Origin: Escherichia phage sutha
Sequence record: PV245934.1
DNA: 64,000 nt
Reading direction: 5' to 3' (one strand)
Shown: positions 1 to 9,900 of the stretch, piece by piece
Layout: each line of letters begins with the position of its first letter
Numbering within the stretch: the stretch's first letter is position 1
Translations under genes and position numbers: made by a program
The notes under the pieces: generated by a model
The model's database searches: none
Seen by the model: the letters and a program-made list of their open reading frames with translations, nothing else
Told to the model about the DNA's origin: nothing

Positions 1-114
1 ACCCTGAGCTAAAGCTTGCGAAAACACACTGCTGGCATCAATACAGATAGTTAAAACACATGCTACTATCCAACAAATAAATGAAATAACTCCTAATAAT
101 TTTGCGATATTCAT
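1..114 (-). CDS. Ac-like small membrane protein (paralog of ac); gene runs off the window start
   Basis: ATG at 112-114 with GAGGAG SD; hand translation MNIAKLLGVISFICWIVACVLTICIDASSVFSQALAQG... still open at position 1; shares SVF-QA-AQG motif with adjacent 51-aa ORF. Confidence 0.45.
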   Translation of the reverse strand, partial: MNIAKLLGVISFICWIVACVLTICIDASSVFSQALAQG

Positions 115-124
115 AATATTCTCC

Positions 125-280
125 TCAACTATTTTTAGAACCAATGTACGCGAATAATGATAAAATCGCTAATACGCCCTGAGCTGATGCTTGCAAAAAT
201 ACTGAAGTTTCTCCAGTTATTACTGTTCCGATACATAAAAAGAACCAACAGAAAAAGGCTATACCGTGAACAAATTTCAT
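125..280 (-). CDS. ac: Acriflavine-resistance small membrane protein Ac (51 aa)
   Basis: Hand-translated ORF MKFVHGIAFFCWFFLCIGTVITGETSVFLQASAQGVLAILSLFAYIGSKNS, SD GAGGAAAAT upstream; size and position next to stp/ndd match T4 ac; below ORF-track size cutoff. Confidence 0.55.
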   Translation of the reverse strand: MKFVHGIAFFCWFFLCIGTVITGETSVFLQASAQGVLAILSLFAYIGSKNS

Positions 281-287
281 ATTTTCC

Positions 288-368
288 TCACTGGCGTCCG
301 AAGACGCCTTTGGTTTTAAGATTGTTACGATAGAACTGCATCACGTGTTCGTTGTGGAAATTACTCAT
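288..368 (-). CDS. stp: Stp peptide (26 aa), activator of host anticodon nuclease PrrC
   Basis: Hand translation [26 protein letters not shown] matches remembered T4 Stp; start overlaps ndd stop (TAATG); not in ORF track because <60 aa. Confidence 0.8.
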
Positions 369-826
369 TAATATGCCTGCAAAACAAATTTAAAGTTATC
401 AGCCAACATACGGTTCATTTCTTCAAGTGTTTGATACTCAGAATGATGATTACGAGTAAACGCTAAAGCTAACTGACCTTTACCAAATCCTGTCGTCAGA
501 GGTTTCATCTTAGAAGCAGGCAGATAAAACACTGTGTATGGAACATTGTTATTTGCAATAGTACGCGCAAGTTGAGACCGACGTTGACGAATATGACTTA
601 GAACTGCACTGAATCCTTGCTTAGAACGCTGATTACCTACATAAAATCGTGCAGACACACATGGATTACTAAATGGACGACCATCTAATTTACTTACTAA
701 AAAGTAAAATCCAGGTTTAGATAAAATATCTTTATGCGGAGTTCCTAAAAACCACTCACCGCCCTTGATTGTACCAATAACAGTAGCGCCTGCGTTGTTC
801 AGATCAGTAACAGTCATGTATTTCAT
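368..826 (-). CDS. ndd: Nucleoid disruption protein Ndd
   Basis: ORF 368..880; start moved to internal ATG (MKYMTV...) at 826 with SD GAGGAAA 8 nt upstream, giving about 152 aa as in T4 Ndd. Confidence 0.75.
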
Positions 827-884
827 ATTAATTTCCTCTAAATTATTTTCTACTCCATGGCCGCATGAATACGCGGCCATTAAA

Positions 885-1100
885 TTAATCGTCGCAGTCG
901 ACGCTCAATTCCCAAAACTCTTCTACAGTATAAGTTTCAGTATCATTTTCAATACAGAAACGTTCATTACTGTTATTTGCTAAAGTAGCATTAACTGTCG
1001 GTTTCTCGTTAGTGCTCTTAAGAGGTGAAATACGAATTAACTGATCACCGTTATCTAAACAAAAAATTTCACCAACTTTTACATCTTTAAAACTTTTCAT
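885..1100 (-). CDS. hypothetical protein (ndd-denB interval)
   Basis: 71-aa ORF in compact leftward array. Confidence 0.4.
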   Translation of the reverse strand: MKSFKDVKVGEIFCLDNGDQLIRISPLKSTNEKPTVNATLANNSNERFCIENDTETYTVEEFWELSVDCDD

Positions 1101-1215
1101 AATTCACCTCAAGGAGTATAAAATCCAAACGCAGTTGTTGACCATCCCATCCAATATGGGAAATTTGCACCAATGTAAAACATAAGAATATAAAACCAAA
1201 TGCTTAGTAAATTCA

Positions 1216-1434
1216 TCATTTTACACCATTCCAAATTGTTTCAACCACAGATTTTAAACCATTTTGATGAATATCAATTCCGACTACTGTCATCAAATAG
1301 ATTCCAACTACAACTGAACCTAAGGCAAAAATCAGCATGAAAATGAATAAAGCCGGAAAAATATTATCGAAAAACCACTCAATAAATGTAAAAGCACTGC
1401 GTTTACGCTTCATATTTTCCTCACATAAATCCAA
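1216..1434 (-). CDS. hypothetical small membrane protein
   Basis: 72-aa ORF with hydrophobic stretch FPALFIFMLIFALGSVVVGIYLMTVVGI. Confidence 0.4.
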   Translation of the reverse strand: MDLCEENMKRKRSAFTFIEWFFDNIFPALFIFMLIFALGSVVVGIYLMTVVGIDIHQNGLKSVVETIWNGVK

Positions 1435-1534
1435 AGTAAACGTTTAATACATCAATCATTAAAACGATTGGGAATATACTCAAAACTATTAGTATTATAA
1501 CTACATTCCATATAGCTTTAACAATCTTTTTCAT
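1421..1534 (-). CDS. hypothetical small membrane protein (37 aa)
   Basis: ORF 1421..1669 trimmed to internal ATG 1532-1534 preceded by GGAGGAACAGAAA leader and an early promoter cassette; MKKIVKAIWNVVIILIVLSIFPIVLMIDVLNVYFGFM. Confidence 0.4.
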   Translation of the reverse strand: MKKIVKAIWNVVIILIVLSIFPIVLMIDVLNVYFGFM

Positions 1535-1545
1535 TTTCTGTTCCT

Positions 1546-1594
1546 CCGTAGTTGATAGTTGTATAGTACCACGGAAGAACAGTCTTGTAAACAA
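1546..1594 (-). promoter_or_regulatory. early promoter cassette (-35 GTTTAC, -10 TACTAT-like, conserved leader ending GGAGGAACAGAAA-ATG)
   Basis: + strand ccgtagttgatagttgtatagtaccacggaagaacagtcttgtaaac; repeated nearly identically at 2050, 28518 and 54938. Confidence 0.55.
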
Positions 1595-1777
1595 CTTTTT
1601 TAAAAATATTCGTAATAAATGTGAATACCAACTACTACCGCTGAAACCTGTGCAACCCACCACGCACAAGCAATACGTACAGAATTCAAAATTTTCATAA
1701 TAACCTCATCACAAAAGTAAATGTTAAACAAATTACTGGAATACTAATTAACCAAACAAAACACCACCATAATGAAC

Positions 1778-2041
1778 TCATAGTTCAATCTCAATAATTT
1801 CAAGATTATTTTCTTTAATAGCTTTCTTTAAATCATCGTAAATAAGAACTTCCCAAGAATTGTTTAAATCACCATTCAACAAACGCTCTTGTTGCAATTT
1901 ATCAGTAAGATATGGTTGGTTTGATTCATATTTAGACAATCCCAATGAAATAAATGATGTTGCATCGTCAATTTCAGAATATTGTACATAAACAAATTCA
2001 CCTGTGATTTTATGTTTAACATAAAAGAATTTAAATTTCAT
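1778..2041 (-). CDS. hypothetical protein
   Basis: 87-aa ORF; ATG 2039-2041 preceded by GAGGAACAAAA leader and promoter cassette. Confidence 0.45.
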   Translation of the reverse strand: MKFKFFYVKHKITGEFVYVQYSEIDDATSFISLGLSKYESNQPYLTDKLQQERLLNGDLNNSWEVLIYDDLKKAIKENNLEIIEIEL

Positions 2042-2049
2042 TTTTGTTC

Positions 2050-2099
2050 CTCTGTAGTTGATAGTTGTATAGTACCATGGTCCTTGTAGTATGTAAACT
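2050..2099 (-). promoter_or_regulatory. early promoter cassette (repeat copy)
   Basis: + strand ctgtagttgatagttgtatagtaccatggtccttgtagtatgtaaac. Confidence 0.55.
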
Positions 2100-2114
2100 A
2101 GTTTATGAAATTTT

Positions 2115-2672
2115 TTAGATGGAAAGATACCATCCGTTGTAGTTGCTTTTTCGCACTACCTTACGAAGGTCTTCTCTATCACCAATGAACTTCGGAGTGT
2201 ACTGGATGACACCTGGATGAATTTCTTTAGTGTTGAATATAATTATACAGTCCGCGACTTGATGATTTAGAATGGGCCCTAGATTTATTCCAGAACCATA
2301 TGGATACTCTCCGCTGCATCCTGTTGTTACCGAAATCCAACGTGAGTCAGTTTGATGTGTCTTAACTTCTACACGGAGCCCACAGTATTTTGGATGTGCT
2401 AAAACATCCCATGCATATGTGTACGGATCATCGACATCTTCTTGACCTTTGTTAACATACCCGCTTAGCCAATCTGCTACAAAAAACTCTGCGTACACAG
2501 CGATACGGCATCTTTCGATAACTTCTGCCTTATCCTGATTCGGATTTTGTTTTAAAGAGTATCTTGCTGTATCAGAAATTTTGACCTTCATTTCACTAGT
2601 CAAGTCACCGTTCGATAGGGTAAATGCCGGAATCTGAAATAGTCTCTGTAAACCCGGATTCGTTTTCTGCAT
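2115..2672 (-). CDS. denB: endonuclease IV DenB
   Basis: 185-aa ORF adjacent to rIIB, same size and position as T4 denB. Confidence 0.6.
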   Translation of the reverse strand: MQKTNPGLQRLFQIPAFTLSNGDLTSEMKVKISDTARYSLKQNPNQDKAEVIERCRIAVYAEFFVADWLSGYVNKGQEDVDDPYTYAWDVLAHPKYCGLRVEVKTHQTDSRWISVTTGCSGEYPYGSGINLGPILNHQVADCIIIFNTKEIHPGVIQYTPKFIGDREDLRKVVRKSNYNGWYLSI

Positions 2673-2934
2673 TTAGACTTTCCTTTTTACCACTGAGATA
2701 AGCGTTATATACTTTAAGAGCGCCGTAATAAATTCGGTCATTTTCATCTAAAGACTCGCGGTCAAGTTCATCGAGCTCCTTTTTATCCATGACTATAACA
2801 TCATTACAGTAAAGAAACCCAAGTTTTTCGTGACCAAACTCAAATTTATTACAGTACACAATATTAGCGTGATGATTTCCGTGCAGTTTAATCTCTTTTA
2901 TGTCGGAATCACCGATATTCATACAATAAATCAT
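2605..2934 (-). CDS. hypothetical protein (overlaps denB 5' end by 68 nt)
   Basis: 109-aa ORF; overlap leaves one of the two starts uncertain. Confidence 0.35.
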   Translation of the reverse strand: MIYCMNIGDSDIKEIKLHGNHHANIVYCNKFEFGHEKLGFLYCNDVIVMDKKELDELDRESLDENDRIYYGALKVYNAYLSGKKESLNAENESGFTETISDSGIYPIER

Positions 2935-2951
2935 AATTTTTCCTTAAAACA

Positions 2952-2969
2952 AAAGGGCCGAAGCCCTTT
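2952..2969 (-). terminator. CUUCGG-type stem-loop (intercistronic hairpin, possible terminator/RNA stability element)
   Basis: + strand aaagggccgaagcccttt; transcript GGGCUUCGGCCC. Confidence 0.55.
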
Positions 2970-2972
2970 ATT

Positions 2973-3167
2973 TTACTTGAATTGTGCAATTCTTTTCTCT
3001 AGACATTCAGCATAAGATTTCATTGAGATAAACTGCGAAAGTAGCAGTTCTTGCTCAACTGTGCTAACTGTTAGAAACTTTGCGCTTTCTAAAAATTTGC
3101 TCAGTGCATTAATTTTGAGCATTAATTGATCGTATTCTTCTTTTACTCGTGCTTGATAACCTAACAT
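2973..3167 (-). CDS. hypothetical protein (64 aa)
   Basis: ORF between rIIB stop hairpin and hairpin at 2952-2969. Confidence 0.4.
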   Translation of the reverse strand: MLGYQARVKEEYDQLMLKINALSKFLESAKFLTVSTVEQELLLSQFISMKSYAECLEKRIAQFK

Positions 3168-3185
3168 AATTTTCCTTAATGTGAT

Positions 3186-3203
3186 AAGGGCCGAAGCCCT
3201 TAT
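3186..3203 (-). terminator. CUUCGG-type stem-loop overlapping rIIB stop
   Basis: + strand aagggccgaagccctta. Confidence 0.55.
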
Positions 3204-4138
3204 TTAAATTGTTCAGTAACGTCTTCAACTACTTCGTATTGGCAGGTACGCATTTTAGCATCGTTGTAATCAATCGGAATTGATACTACATCACGCGGAT
3301 GTACTTTAACTTTTACAACTCGGCTGGTTGAACTGCCAAAGTGACGAATATAAGATTTAGAACACACATGCAGACCATGAGAACAAGTTTGTGTATCATC
3401 GTCATTCACACGAGTACGTGGCATTTTAACTACTTTACCCGGACTGTTATCAAAGGTGTTTGAGTGACAGTCAAAGTAATTGCTACGAACTACTTTCCAA
3501 GCATAGAAGTAACCATCTTCTGTAATTTCAATATCGTTTGCTACCAAGAAATCAAAGAGTCGAGATACCGCTTTTTGGCTTGGGTTTTCCAACAGATTTT
3601 CCAAGAACGGAAAATAAAATTCAAAGTTTTCGCCTTTTTCCATCGAGTCAAGAATACGATCAACCAAACCAGACCGCAATTCAATATTTTGATAGAACAA
3701 GCTTCCACCTTCAATTCGAACATCGCCGGAAATATATTTTTCAACAGCGCGACGAACATTAATTTTTTGTGCCGCTTCTTCCAACTTATCCGCTACAAGC
3801 AGATTAAGAATTTCCTGGAAGTTTGAATGAGTATTAGGAGTTGCGTTATAAGTTACACCGTCAACAGTAATTGAAATGAATTTTTTAGATGCATTCCAAA
3901 TAATGTCAGATTTAGCAACTGGAGCAATAACTGCATCGCTATTAACTTTAACTGTAATATCACCGCTAATAGTAACTTTAGGGCGTTTAGCTTCTTCAGC
4001 ATTTTTCAAAACACGACGGATTGTGTCAACCGATACATCCTTCCAATAAGCTAATTCCTGCTGAGTGTAATTACCACTTGAATACAGTTTAACAATTTCA
4101 GCTTGTTCGTTTTTGGTCAGGCATTTAATATTGTACAT
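3200..4138 (-). CDS. rIIB: rIIB protein
   Basis: 312-aa ORF immediately downstream of rIIA, as in T4 (rIIB 312 aa). Confidence 0.85.
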   Translation of the reverse strand: MYNIKCLTKNEQAEIVKLYSSGNYTQQELAYWKDVSVDTIRRVLKNAEEAKRPKVTISGDITVKVNSDAVIAPVAKSDIIWNASKKFISITVDGVTYNATPNTHSNFQEILNLLVADKLEEAAQKINVRRAVEKYISGDVRIEGGSLFYQNIELRSGLVDRILDSMEKGENFEFYFPFLENLLENPSQKAVSRLFDFLVANDIEITEDGYFYAWKVVRSNYFDCHSNTFDNSPGKVVKMPRTRVNDDDTQTCSHGLHVCSKSYIRHFGSSTSRVVKVKVHPRDVVSIPIDYNDAKMRTCQYEVVEDVTEQFK

Positions 4139-4149
4139 AATTTTCCTTA

Positions 4150-6327
4150 TTAGGCCGCAAGGGCCTTCATAGTTTTAGCGATTTGAGAAACTTCATCATC
4201 ACTTAAAGAGTTGCGATATCCGATGAAGTCGGAAACAATACGGAATTTCTTGGTAAACTCAGCAACCATTTTATCACTGTTTTTTGAAGCATTATTTGAT
4301 AATACATCAAAAAGATTAGTTACTGTCCAGATGTCATGACCGATGGTATCTCTTCCACCATTAAAATATACACCCTGTAATGAACTAACCATATTAGCAA
4401 GTCGTGTATATTCTTCAGAAACTTCATCTACACTGAAGTACTTCATCATAAAATCTAACTCAGGATACTTGATAATTTTATCAATATATCGTTTAGCTGA
4501 ACTTGAATAACCTACATACTTATCATAATCTACATCATCAAAAGCATCTACATATAAATCACGCAAAGCTTCAAAAATACATTGGCACTGACCGAGTTCT
4601 TTTACCTTTTTCTGTAAAAGCGGACGAATAACATAAAATTCATTAATGCCAATAAGATTAGCCATACGAATCAAAATATTCATAGATGGATGACAGAGAG
4701 ATGTAGTACCATCCATAGAGAAAATATCAGAACGATGCATATACGCTACATAACCAGTAATTTCATCTGCTTCTGATGTGAGCGTAAATAATTCCTCTTT
4801 TTCCCACCGCCCGTCTTTAATTTCAAACTTAAATGCTGTAGCAGCTTTAGGACGAGGAGCTTTACTTTTAATTACCTTTGGAATATAGCTTTTAACTAAA
4901 GCTTCAATTTCTGACAAATAATGAATGTTAACTTCATCACTTTCAAACATTGCCATAATATCAGGAAGTAAATCAATCTGTGATTCTACTTCTGGATTAA
5001 TAAACAGAAGACGTTCGTTATGATGAATATTCAGAGTGTTATTAAATTCACTATCATCTAATGCACGTGCTAATCCACGGACAATATTAACACGATTTTT
5101 AATATTATCAATAACGATATTAATTTTTGTTGTATTAATACCAAACAGACGATAACTTGATGCAATGGCTGAAGTTTCATGACTTTGCTTAATGCGCTTC
5201 AGTCGAGGGTCAAGATTTACTTCATACACAACCCCTGCATTACATAACTTACTATCAGGTTCAAACATGCTCTGCATCTTTTTATATGACAGATTTTTAG
5301 TCGTGAATTTGACTGAATTACTAATCATATAATCTCGAGCAGAATATCCCATCTTCATTAATTCGCGATATGTATGACGAGGAGATGTAGATTCTTTAAA
5401 TCGTTTTACATCTTCATTAAATGCTTTCTCACTGAGTTCTTTAACTCGTTCAATAATATTTTTACGAGTACGATCATCCAATGAAAGAGCCTCACGAGAT
5501 GGAGCAATATCAAGTGAACCCATTGGAAACTTAATGTAATTCACTTCATTACGGATGCTTAGCCAGTTACGGTCTCTAATAACACCATCGATAGGATAAA
5601 CAATACCGCCATAGATAGCATATAATCCACCGCGATCAGGCCAGTATCTTTCTGGATTTACACCGTAATAGTCATCAAAATCCGGAAAATAATCAATTTC
5701 GCGGTCAAGACCATTAATGATAGCCAAATCTTTAAATGGTCGCATGATATAAGAAACTTCATAAGCAAAGTTTCTAAAGTCTTTTTCTTCAACTGGAACT
5801 ACGATTTCAATACCAGTTTTATCATTTGGACCCATTTCTTTTACGAATGTAGGTTTAATCTGCGGACCGTCACCATCCATGTAAGCTACATAACCACGAA
5901 TTTCACCTTTATGATACGAAGTAATACTAAACGTATCAGTATAACTAAATGGAGATTTAGAACCTAAACCAAATCCACCAATGAAATCATTAGATTCAGC
6001 CTTAGATGAACTGAAGTATGAATTATACAAACCAGGAGAATTATCATCACCCTGAATATCAAAATCACTCATACCGGGACCAAAATCTCGGCAAACAAAT
6101 CGTGGATCTAAACGTCCAGGAACTTGAATGATAAATTTTTCAGGATTTCCATTAAGAGCATGGGCATCAATCATGTTAGTAATCAATTCACGGACTACTG
6201 CGCGAATCTTGTTTGTATACAAATCAGATGACAGAATTTTAAATACTTTAGGATTTGCTGCGATGCTAAATGCTTTTGATTTAGAACCATTACCAAGAAT
6301 TGTTTCTTTTTCAGTGGTGATAATCAT
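4150..6327 (-). CDS. rIIA: rIIA protein (GHKL-type ATPase fold)
   Basis: 725-aa ORF, N-terminus [27 protein letters not shown]...[10 protein letters not shown]; size identical to T4 rIIA. Confidence 0.9.
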   Translation of the reverse strand: MIITTEKETILGNGSKSKAFSIAANPKVFKILSSDLYTNKIRAVVRELITNMIDAHALNGNPEKFIIQVPGRLDPRFVCRDFGPGMSDFDIQGDDNSPGLYNSYFSSSKAESNDFIGGFGLGSKSPFSYTDTFSITSYHKGEIRGYVAYMDGDGPQIKPTFVKEMGPNDKTGIEIVVPVEEKDFRNFAYEVSYIMRPFKDLAIINGLDREIDYFPDFDDYYGVNPERYWPDRGGLYAIYGGIVYPIDGVIRDRNWLSIRNEVNYIKFPMGSLDIAPSREALSLDDRTRKNIIERVKELSEKAFNEDVKRFKESTSPRHTYRELMKMGYSARDYMISNSVKFTTKNLSYKKMQSMFEPDSKLCNAGVVYEVNLDPRLKRIKQSHETSAIASSYRLFGINTTKINIVIDNIKNRVNIVRGLARALDDSEFNNTLNIHHNERLLFINPEVESQIDLLPDIMAMFESDEVNIHYLSEIEALVKSYIPKVIKSKAPRPKAATAFKFEIKDGRWEKEELFTLTSEADEITGYVAYMHRSDIFSMDGTTSLCHPSMNILIRMANLIGINEFYVIRPLLQKKVKELGQCQCIFEALRDLYVDAFDDVDYDKYVGYSSSAKRYIDKIIKYPELDFMMKYFSVDEVSEEYTRLANMVSSLQGVYFNGGRDTIGHDIWTVTNLFDVLSNNASKNSDKMVAEFTKKFRIVSDFIGYRNSLSDDEVSQIAKTMKALAA
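4152..4166 (-). terminator. GC-rich stem-loop within rIIA 3' end
   Basis: + strand aggccgcaagggcct. Confidence 0.4.
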
Positions 6328-6337
6328 AATTTCCTCA

Positions 6338-6541
6338 TTAATTCATATTACGCTTAATAACTTCAGCAACTTCTAGTAGTTCATCTTTAGTTGCAGTGTC
6401 GGATTGAATTTTATCTCTAATATCTTTAAAGCGGTTTTTAAACTCTTCGGCTTCTCCCATATCGAAAAAGCGTTGAATGATTCTATATTCTCGATGAACT
6501 GCTTTATCAAAAAGTTCTAAATTTACTTTATATGATTTCAT
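6338..6541 (-). CDS. hypothetical protein rIIA.1
   Basis: 67-aa ORF between gene 39 and rIIA; own promoter (GTTTAC-17-TATAAT) upstream. Confidence 0.5.
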   Translation of the reverse strand: MKSYKVNLELFDKAVHREYRIIQRFFDMGEAEEFKNRFKDIRDKIQSDTATKDELLEVAEVIKRNMN

Positions 6542-6565
6542 TTCAATATCCTCATTTGCCCAATT

Positions 6566-6597
6566 AATTATACCACATCCTTGTGGTAAAGTAAACT
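6566..6597 (-). promoter_or_regulatory. early promoter (GTTTAC-17 nt-TATAAT) for rIIA.1/rIIA/rIIB
   Basis: minus-strand reading gtttactttaccacaaggatgtggtataat. Confidence 0.6.
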
Positions 6598-8416
6598 ACT
6601 GGCTCATCCATTCTTTGCGAAGGTCAGCATTATCTCCCATGAGCATTTCAAAAAGCTCTTTCCAGTTCTCAGGAAGTTTAACAACATCATATACTGGATT
6701 TTGAATCATCTCACGATATTCAGATTTTTCCAACGAGCCAAGTCCCTTAATATAGCGGATGCTATGTTTAGGTAGAGCATCTTTGGCACTCTCATATTCA
6801 GCGACTGTATAAAACCATTCTTGTTTTTTACCGACCTGAGCGATGATTACAGGAGTTTTGACAAAGCGAATTCGTCCTTGCTCAAACAATTCTGGCCAAT
6901 TACTAAAAAATCCGAGCAGAGAAGGATAAATGCTTCCTAGACCATCATGGTCAGCATCAGTCATAATAGCAATATTATGATAATTCAAGTTTTCAGCTTT
7001 TTCACCAAGAACTAATCCAGTGATTGCGCAAATATCAAATAGTTCTTTGTTTTTAAGCATATCTGCATAAGACATACCCCAACTATTGAGAACTTTACCG
7101 CGTAATGGATAACCACCGTGAAGTTCTTTATCACGAACATCAATAAGATATCCGATAGCAGAATCACCCTCAGTCAAGAAAAGAGTAGTGTCAGCATCTT
7201 TACCACAAAGATTCGCTTTGATATGTTTATGAACCTTAGCTTTAGAAGCCTTTTTAGCTGCTTTAGTTTCTGCTGCTTTTTCTGCCGCCAATTTACGAGC
7301 CAAAGCAGCTTCAATAATCGGCATTAGAATTGCTTCATTATTTAGAATAGCACGTGAAATCTTTTTAGCATCAAGTTGAATATGACTACGAATTTCACCA
7401 AAAGGAGAAGTAAGTCGTTCTTTAGTTTGAGAATCAAATCGCATGTTTTTCATATCACGAACAAACATAACGATAGTCAAACATTCTTTAACGCGTGCTT
7501 TAGTTACATCAATTTTGAACTTACGTTTGATTTGTGGAATAAGGTCTTCACAAATATCATCCATCACACAGTCAATGTGATGGCCACCATTCTTAGTGTG
7601 AATGTTATTGACGTATGTTAATTGACGAAATCCATCCGGTGAACGACCAACCGCAATAGAACAATTTTCTTGTTCTTGAACAATAGCATGCTCATCATAT
7701 TGGCGTGCATATTTCTTAAAATTGCCCTGAACCTTTTTACCATTAAAGGTAAATTGAATATCAGGATAAACAACAGCAAGTGTCTGGAGACGATCTAGTG
7801 TAATGTCAAGATAAACCTGAGATAGCTCATTAGTTTCAAATGACATAAAATCAGGAATGAAAGTAACACGGGTTCCTTTCCATTTTCCAGGAATATCTTC
7901 CCATGATTTATTTTCCATGCCATTTGAACAACGAACTACAATATTATTTTGACCATCGCCAGTTTCACCGACAAACATCACAGAAAAAATGTTTGTCAAA
8001 CTAGAACCAACACCATTCATACCGCCAGTGACGCGTTCTTTATCATCACCGAAGTTACCACCTGCTTTTGGAATAGTCCATGCAGCAACAGGACCAGGAA
8101 TTTCTTCACCGGTAGGTGTTTTAACCATCGCCTGTGGAATACCGCGACCGTTATCTTCAACTGTTACTTGATTGTTTTTAATAGTAACATTAATTTTATT
8201 TGCGAATTTAAACTTAGTACGAATACCTTCATCTACTGAGTTATCGATAATTTCATCAATAAGCTTAACAAGACCAGGTACATACTGAACACTTTCCCAT
8301 TTACCAAACAGAAAGCGCTCATGCATTTCATTAGCTGAAGAGCCAATGTACATGCCGCTACGCTTTTTGATATGTTCAATATCGCTCAGAATTTTAATTT
8401 CATTCTTAATCATCAC
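6596..8416 (-). CDS. 39: DNA topoisomerase II large (ATPase) subunit, unsplit gp39 (covers T4 gp39 plus gp60)
   Basis: 606-aa ORF; N-terminus MIKNEIKILSDIEHIKKRSGMYIGS, GHKL ATPase motifs, C-terminal Toprim segment IAIMTDADHDGLGSIY that T4 encodes in separate gene 60. Confidence 0.9.
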   Translation of the reverse strand: MMIKNEIKILSDIEHIKKRSGMYIGSSANEMHERFLFGKWESVQYVPGLVKLIDEIIDNSVDEGIRTKFKFANKINVTIKNNQVTVEDNGRGIPQAMVKTPTGEEIPGPVAAWTIPKAGGNFGDDKERVTGGMNGVGSSLTNIFSVMFVGETGDGQNNIVVRCSNGMENKSWEDIPGKWKGTRVTFIPDFMSFETNELSQVYLDITLDRLQTLAVVYPDIQFTFNGKKVQGNFKKYARQYDEHAIVQEQENCSIAVGRSPDGFRQLTYVNNIHTKNGGHHIDCVMDDICEDLIPQIKRKFKIDVTKARVKECLTIVMFVRDMKNMRFDSQTKERLTSPFGEIRSHIQLDAKKISRAILNNEAILMPIIEAALARKLAAEKAAETKAAKKASKAKVHKHIKANLCGKDADTTLFLTEGDSAIGYLIDVRDKELHGGYPLRGKVLNSWGMSYADMLKNKELFDICAITGLVLGEKAENLNYHNIAIMTDADHDGLGSIYPSLLGFFSNWPELFEQGRIRFVKTPVIIAQVGKKQEWFYTVAEYESAKDALPKHSIRYIKGLGSLEKSEYREMIQNPVYDVVKLPENWKELFEMLMGDNADLRKEWMSQ

Positions 8417-8465
8417 TTATCCTCGTTTGGTTTCGGGAATATTATACTCCGGTAATCATAAAGCT

Positions 8466-8483
8466 AAAGGCCCGAAGGCCTTT
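8466..8483 (-). terminator. CUUCGG-type stem-loop after lipoprotein gene
   Basis: + strand aaaggcccgaaggccttt. Confidence 0.55.
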
Positions 8484-8743
8484 TATTTAAAACGGATAGT
8501 CGAATCCTTGAAGAATAGACCAGAACATACTGTTCCTTCTACTTTCTGCCCAGTAGGTCCAATAGCACGAAATCCAGTATGCTGGAAATCATTTTCAGAG
8601 CAACCGAACCAATTATATCCAGTGATTTCAATATTAGTAAAACCACTTGAAGACAAAACTTTAGTTGCATTATCAGCATCAGTACATCCTACTAAAGACA
8701 CTGCTAATACTAATGCTGCGATAGAACGATTAATATATTTCAT
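8483..8743 (-). CDS. putative lipoprotein
   Basis: 86-aa ORF with signal peptide and lipobox LVGC. Confidence 0.5.
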   Translation of the reverse strand: MKYINRSIAALVLAVSLVGCTDADNATKVLSSSGFTNIEITGYNWFGCSENDFQHTGFRAIGPTGQKVEGTVCSGLFFKDSTIRFK

Positions 8744-8745
8744 AA

Positions 8746-8922
8746 TTACCCTTTAAGCAAGTCGTAAAATCCACCATTCACATGCTTAGGAGCGGAAACT
8801 AACCGAATAGCAATCCGATGACAATCAGGACATACATCAGTATCCCTTTCAGAAATTTTCTTGATTTTTTCGTATTCTTTTGCACAGTCTTTGGATTGAC
8901 ATTTATAATCATAAAGAGGCAT
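8746..8922 (-). CDS. small zinc-ribbon protein (CxxC...CxxC)
   Basis: Hand translation MPLYDYKCQSKDCAKEYEKIKKISERDTDVCPDCHRIAIRLVSAPKHVNGGFYDLLKG; fills gap between goF and lipoprotein gene; below ORF-track cutoff. Confidence 0.45.
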   Translation of the reverse strand: MPLYDYKCQSKDCAKEYEKIKKISERDTDVCPDCHRIAIRLVSAPKHVNGGFYDLLKG

Positions 8923-8924
8923 AA

Positions 8925-9344
8925 TTATTCCTTAAAGTGAGCTTTCAACATCTGATACAAGGACCATGCTTGTTCATTATTTTCAATAGTAACTTTCATT
9001 ACCGGGAATTCTGTGAAATCTTCTATTTGTTCTTGCTCTTCCTGCTCTTGTTCTTCAGCAGCCTGATATGGATTTTCAACTTCATCAAAGAACCCAGCTT
9101 CGTTAGTAGAAAGCCAGATAAAGTTTTCGCCAAGGATATCACCATATGTTGAATATCCAACTGTGCCAGTAGATGTCACAATTTTAGTAGGACGCCCGTA
9201 ATAGTCAACATCTAAAATTTTAAAAGGTTCCATACCTAAACGGCGTGCATAGATTCCGTTATAAGTATGGTCTTTAATAAAAGCTTCTTGGGCTTGTTTA
9301 TTTTTAAATTGATACCATTTATTAACTTCAAATTTAATAGCCAT
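8925..9344 (-). CDS. goF: GoF-like protein
   Basis: 139-aa ORF at T4 goF position with acidic [10 protein letters not shown] tract. Confidence 0.45.
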   Translation of the reverse strand: MAIKFEVNKWYQFKNKQAQEAFIKDHTYNGIYARRLGMEPFKILDVDYYGRPTKIVTSTGTVGYSTYGDILGENFIWLSTNEAGFFDEVENPYQAAEEQEQEEQEQIEDFTEFPVMKVTIENNEQAWSLYQMLKAHFKE

Positions 9345-9559
9345 TAATAAATTTCCTTCCAGTAAGTTGTGCCGTCTTCAGTAATTTCACGAAATACACC
9401 GTAAATTGGCTGTTTATCACCGACTTTCTCATACACATAAACAGAAGTCAAGTGAGTAAACTTGCTAGTATGTTCCTTTTGAACTACTACCAAATTTGGA
9501 TCAAATAATACATCTTCAAATTCATCATTAGTGCAATTCTGAACAATTTTACGTTTCAT
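9344..9559 (-). CDS. cef: Cef-like protein (71 aa)
   Basis: 71-aa ORF at T4 cef position and size. Confidence 0.4.
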   Translation of the reverse strand: MKRKIVQNCTNDEFEDVLFDPNLVVVQKEHTSKFTHLTSVYVYEKVGDKQPIYGVFREITEDGTTYWKEIY

Positions 9560-9572
9560 TACAATTTCCTCA

Positions 9573-9842
9573 TTAATTGAACAGTGTAGCGATGCGTTTC
9601 AGAAGAGTGGCAGCACCTTTGGCGAATTTTACATCATGAAAAACAGTTTCTTCTTCCGTTACAGCACGAGCTTTAATGTTTTCACAACCCCAATTTTTAC
9701 GAACAATCTTCAAAAGCTGCAGTAAATCTTTACATTCTGCAATATCGATAACACATCCACGAGAATCTTCCATTATCGCACGATAACCGTAAGCCATACC
9801 ATAATCGTTGAAAGATTGTTCGATGATAATTAAGTTTTCCAT
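9573..9842 (-). CDS. hypothetical protein
   Basis: ORF 9573..9854 trimmed to ATG 9840-9842 preceded by TTGGAGAATAAA leader. Confidence 0.4.
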   Translation of the reverse strand: MENLIIIEQSFNDYGMAYGYRAIMEDSRGCVIDIAECKDLLQLLKIVRKNWGCENIKARAVTEEETVFHDVKFAKGAATLLKRIATLFN

Positions 9843-9865
9843 TTTATTCTCCAAGTTGTTTTCTG

Positions 9866-9900
9866 TATCAGTAGTTGATATTGATATAGTACCATAATCA
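9866..9900 (-). promoter_or_regulatory. degenerate copy of the promoter cassette (-35 not recognisable)
   Basis: + strand cagtagttgatattgatatagtaccat upstream of ORF 9573..9842. Confidence 0.3.

Noticed and set aside
368-880. N-terminal 18-codon extension of ndd in the ORF track ([18 protein letters not shown]...)
   Set aside because: Internal ATG at 826 has a proper SD and yields a protein of T4 Ndd size; the extension has no RBS.
2605-2672. Possible frameshift joining ORF 2605..2934 and denB
   Set aside because: denB has the T4 length (185 aa) as it stands; overlap more likely reflects an over-called start of one of the two ORFs.
3464-3826. Plus-strand ORFs nested inside minus-strand genes (e.g. 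3464..3826, 7949..8239, 14044..14427, 33413..33829, 61059..61241)
   Set aside because: All lie antisense within confidently assigned minus-strand genes, lack SD sequences and are expected shadow ORFs in AT-rich DNA; only the intergenic plus-strand ORF at 19970..20170 was kept.
6596-8416. Gene 60-type 50-nt translational bypass element
   Set aside because: Topoisomerase subunit is encoded by one uninterrupted ORF; no take-off/landing GGA pair around a coding gap was seen.
8346-8756. 136-aa plus-strand ORF spanning the gene 39 start and the lipoprotein gene
   Set aside because: Overlaps two well-supported minus-strand genes and the UUCG hairpin; no RBS.
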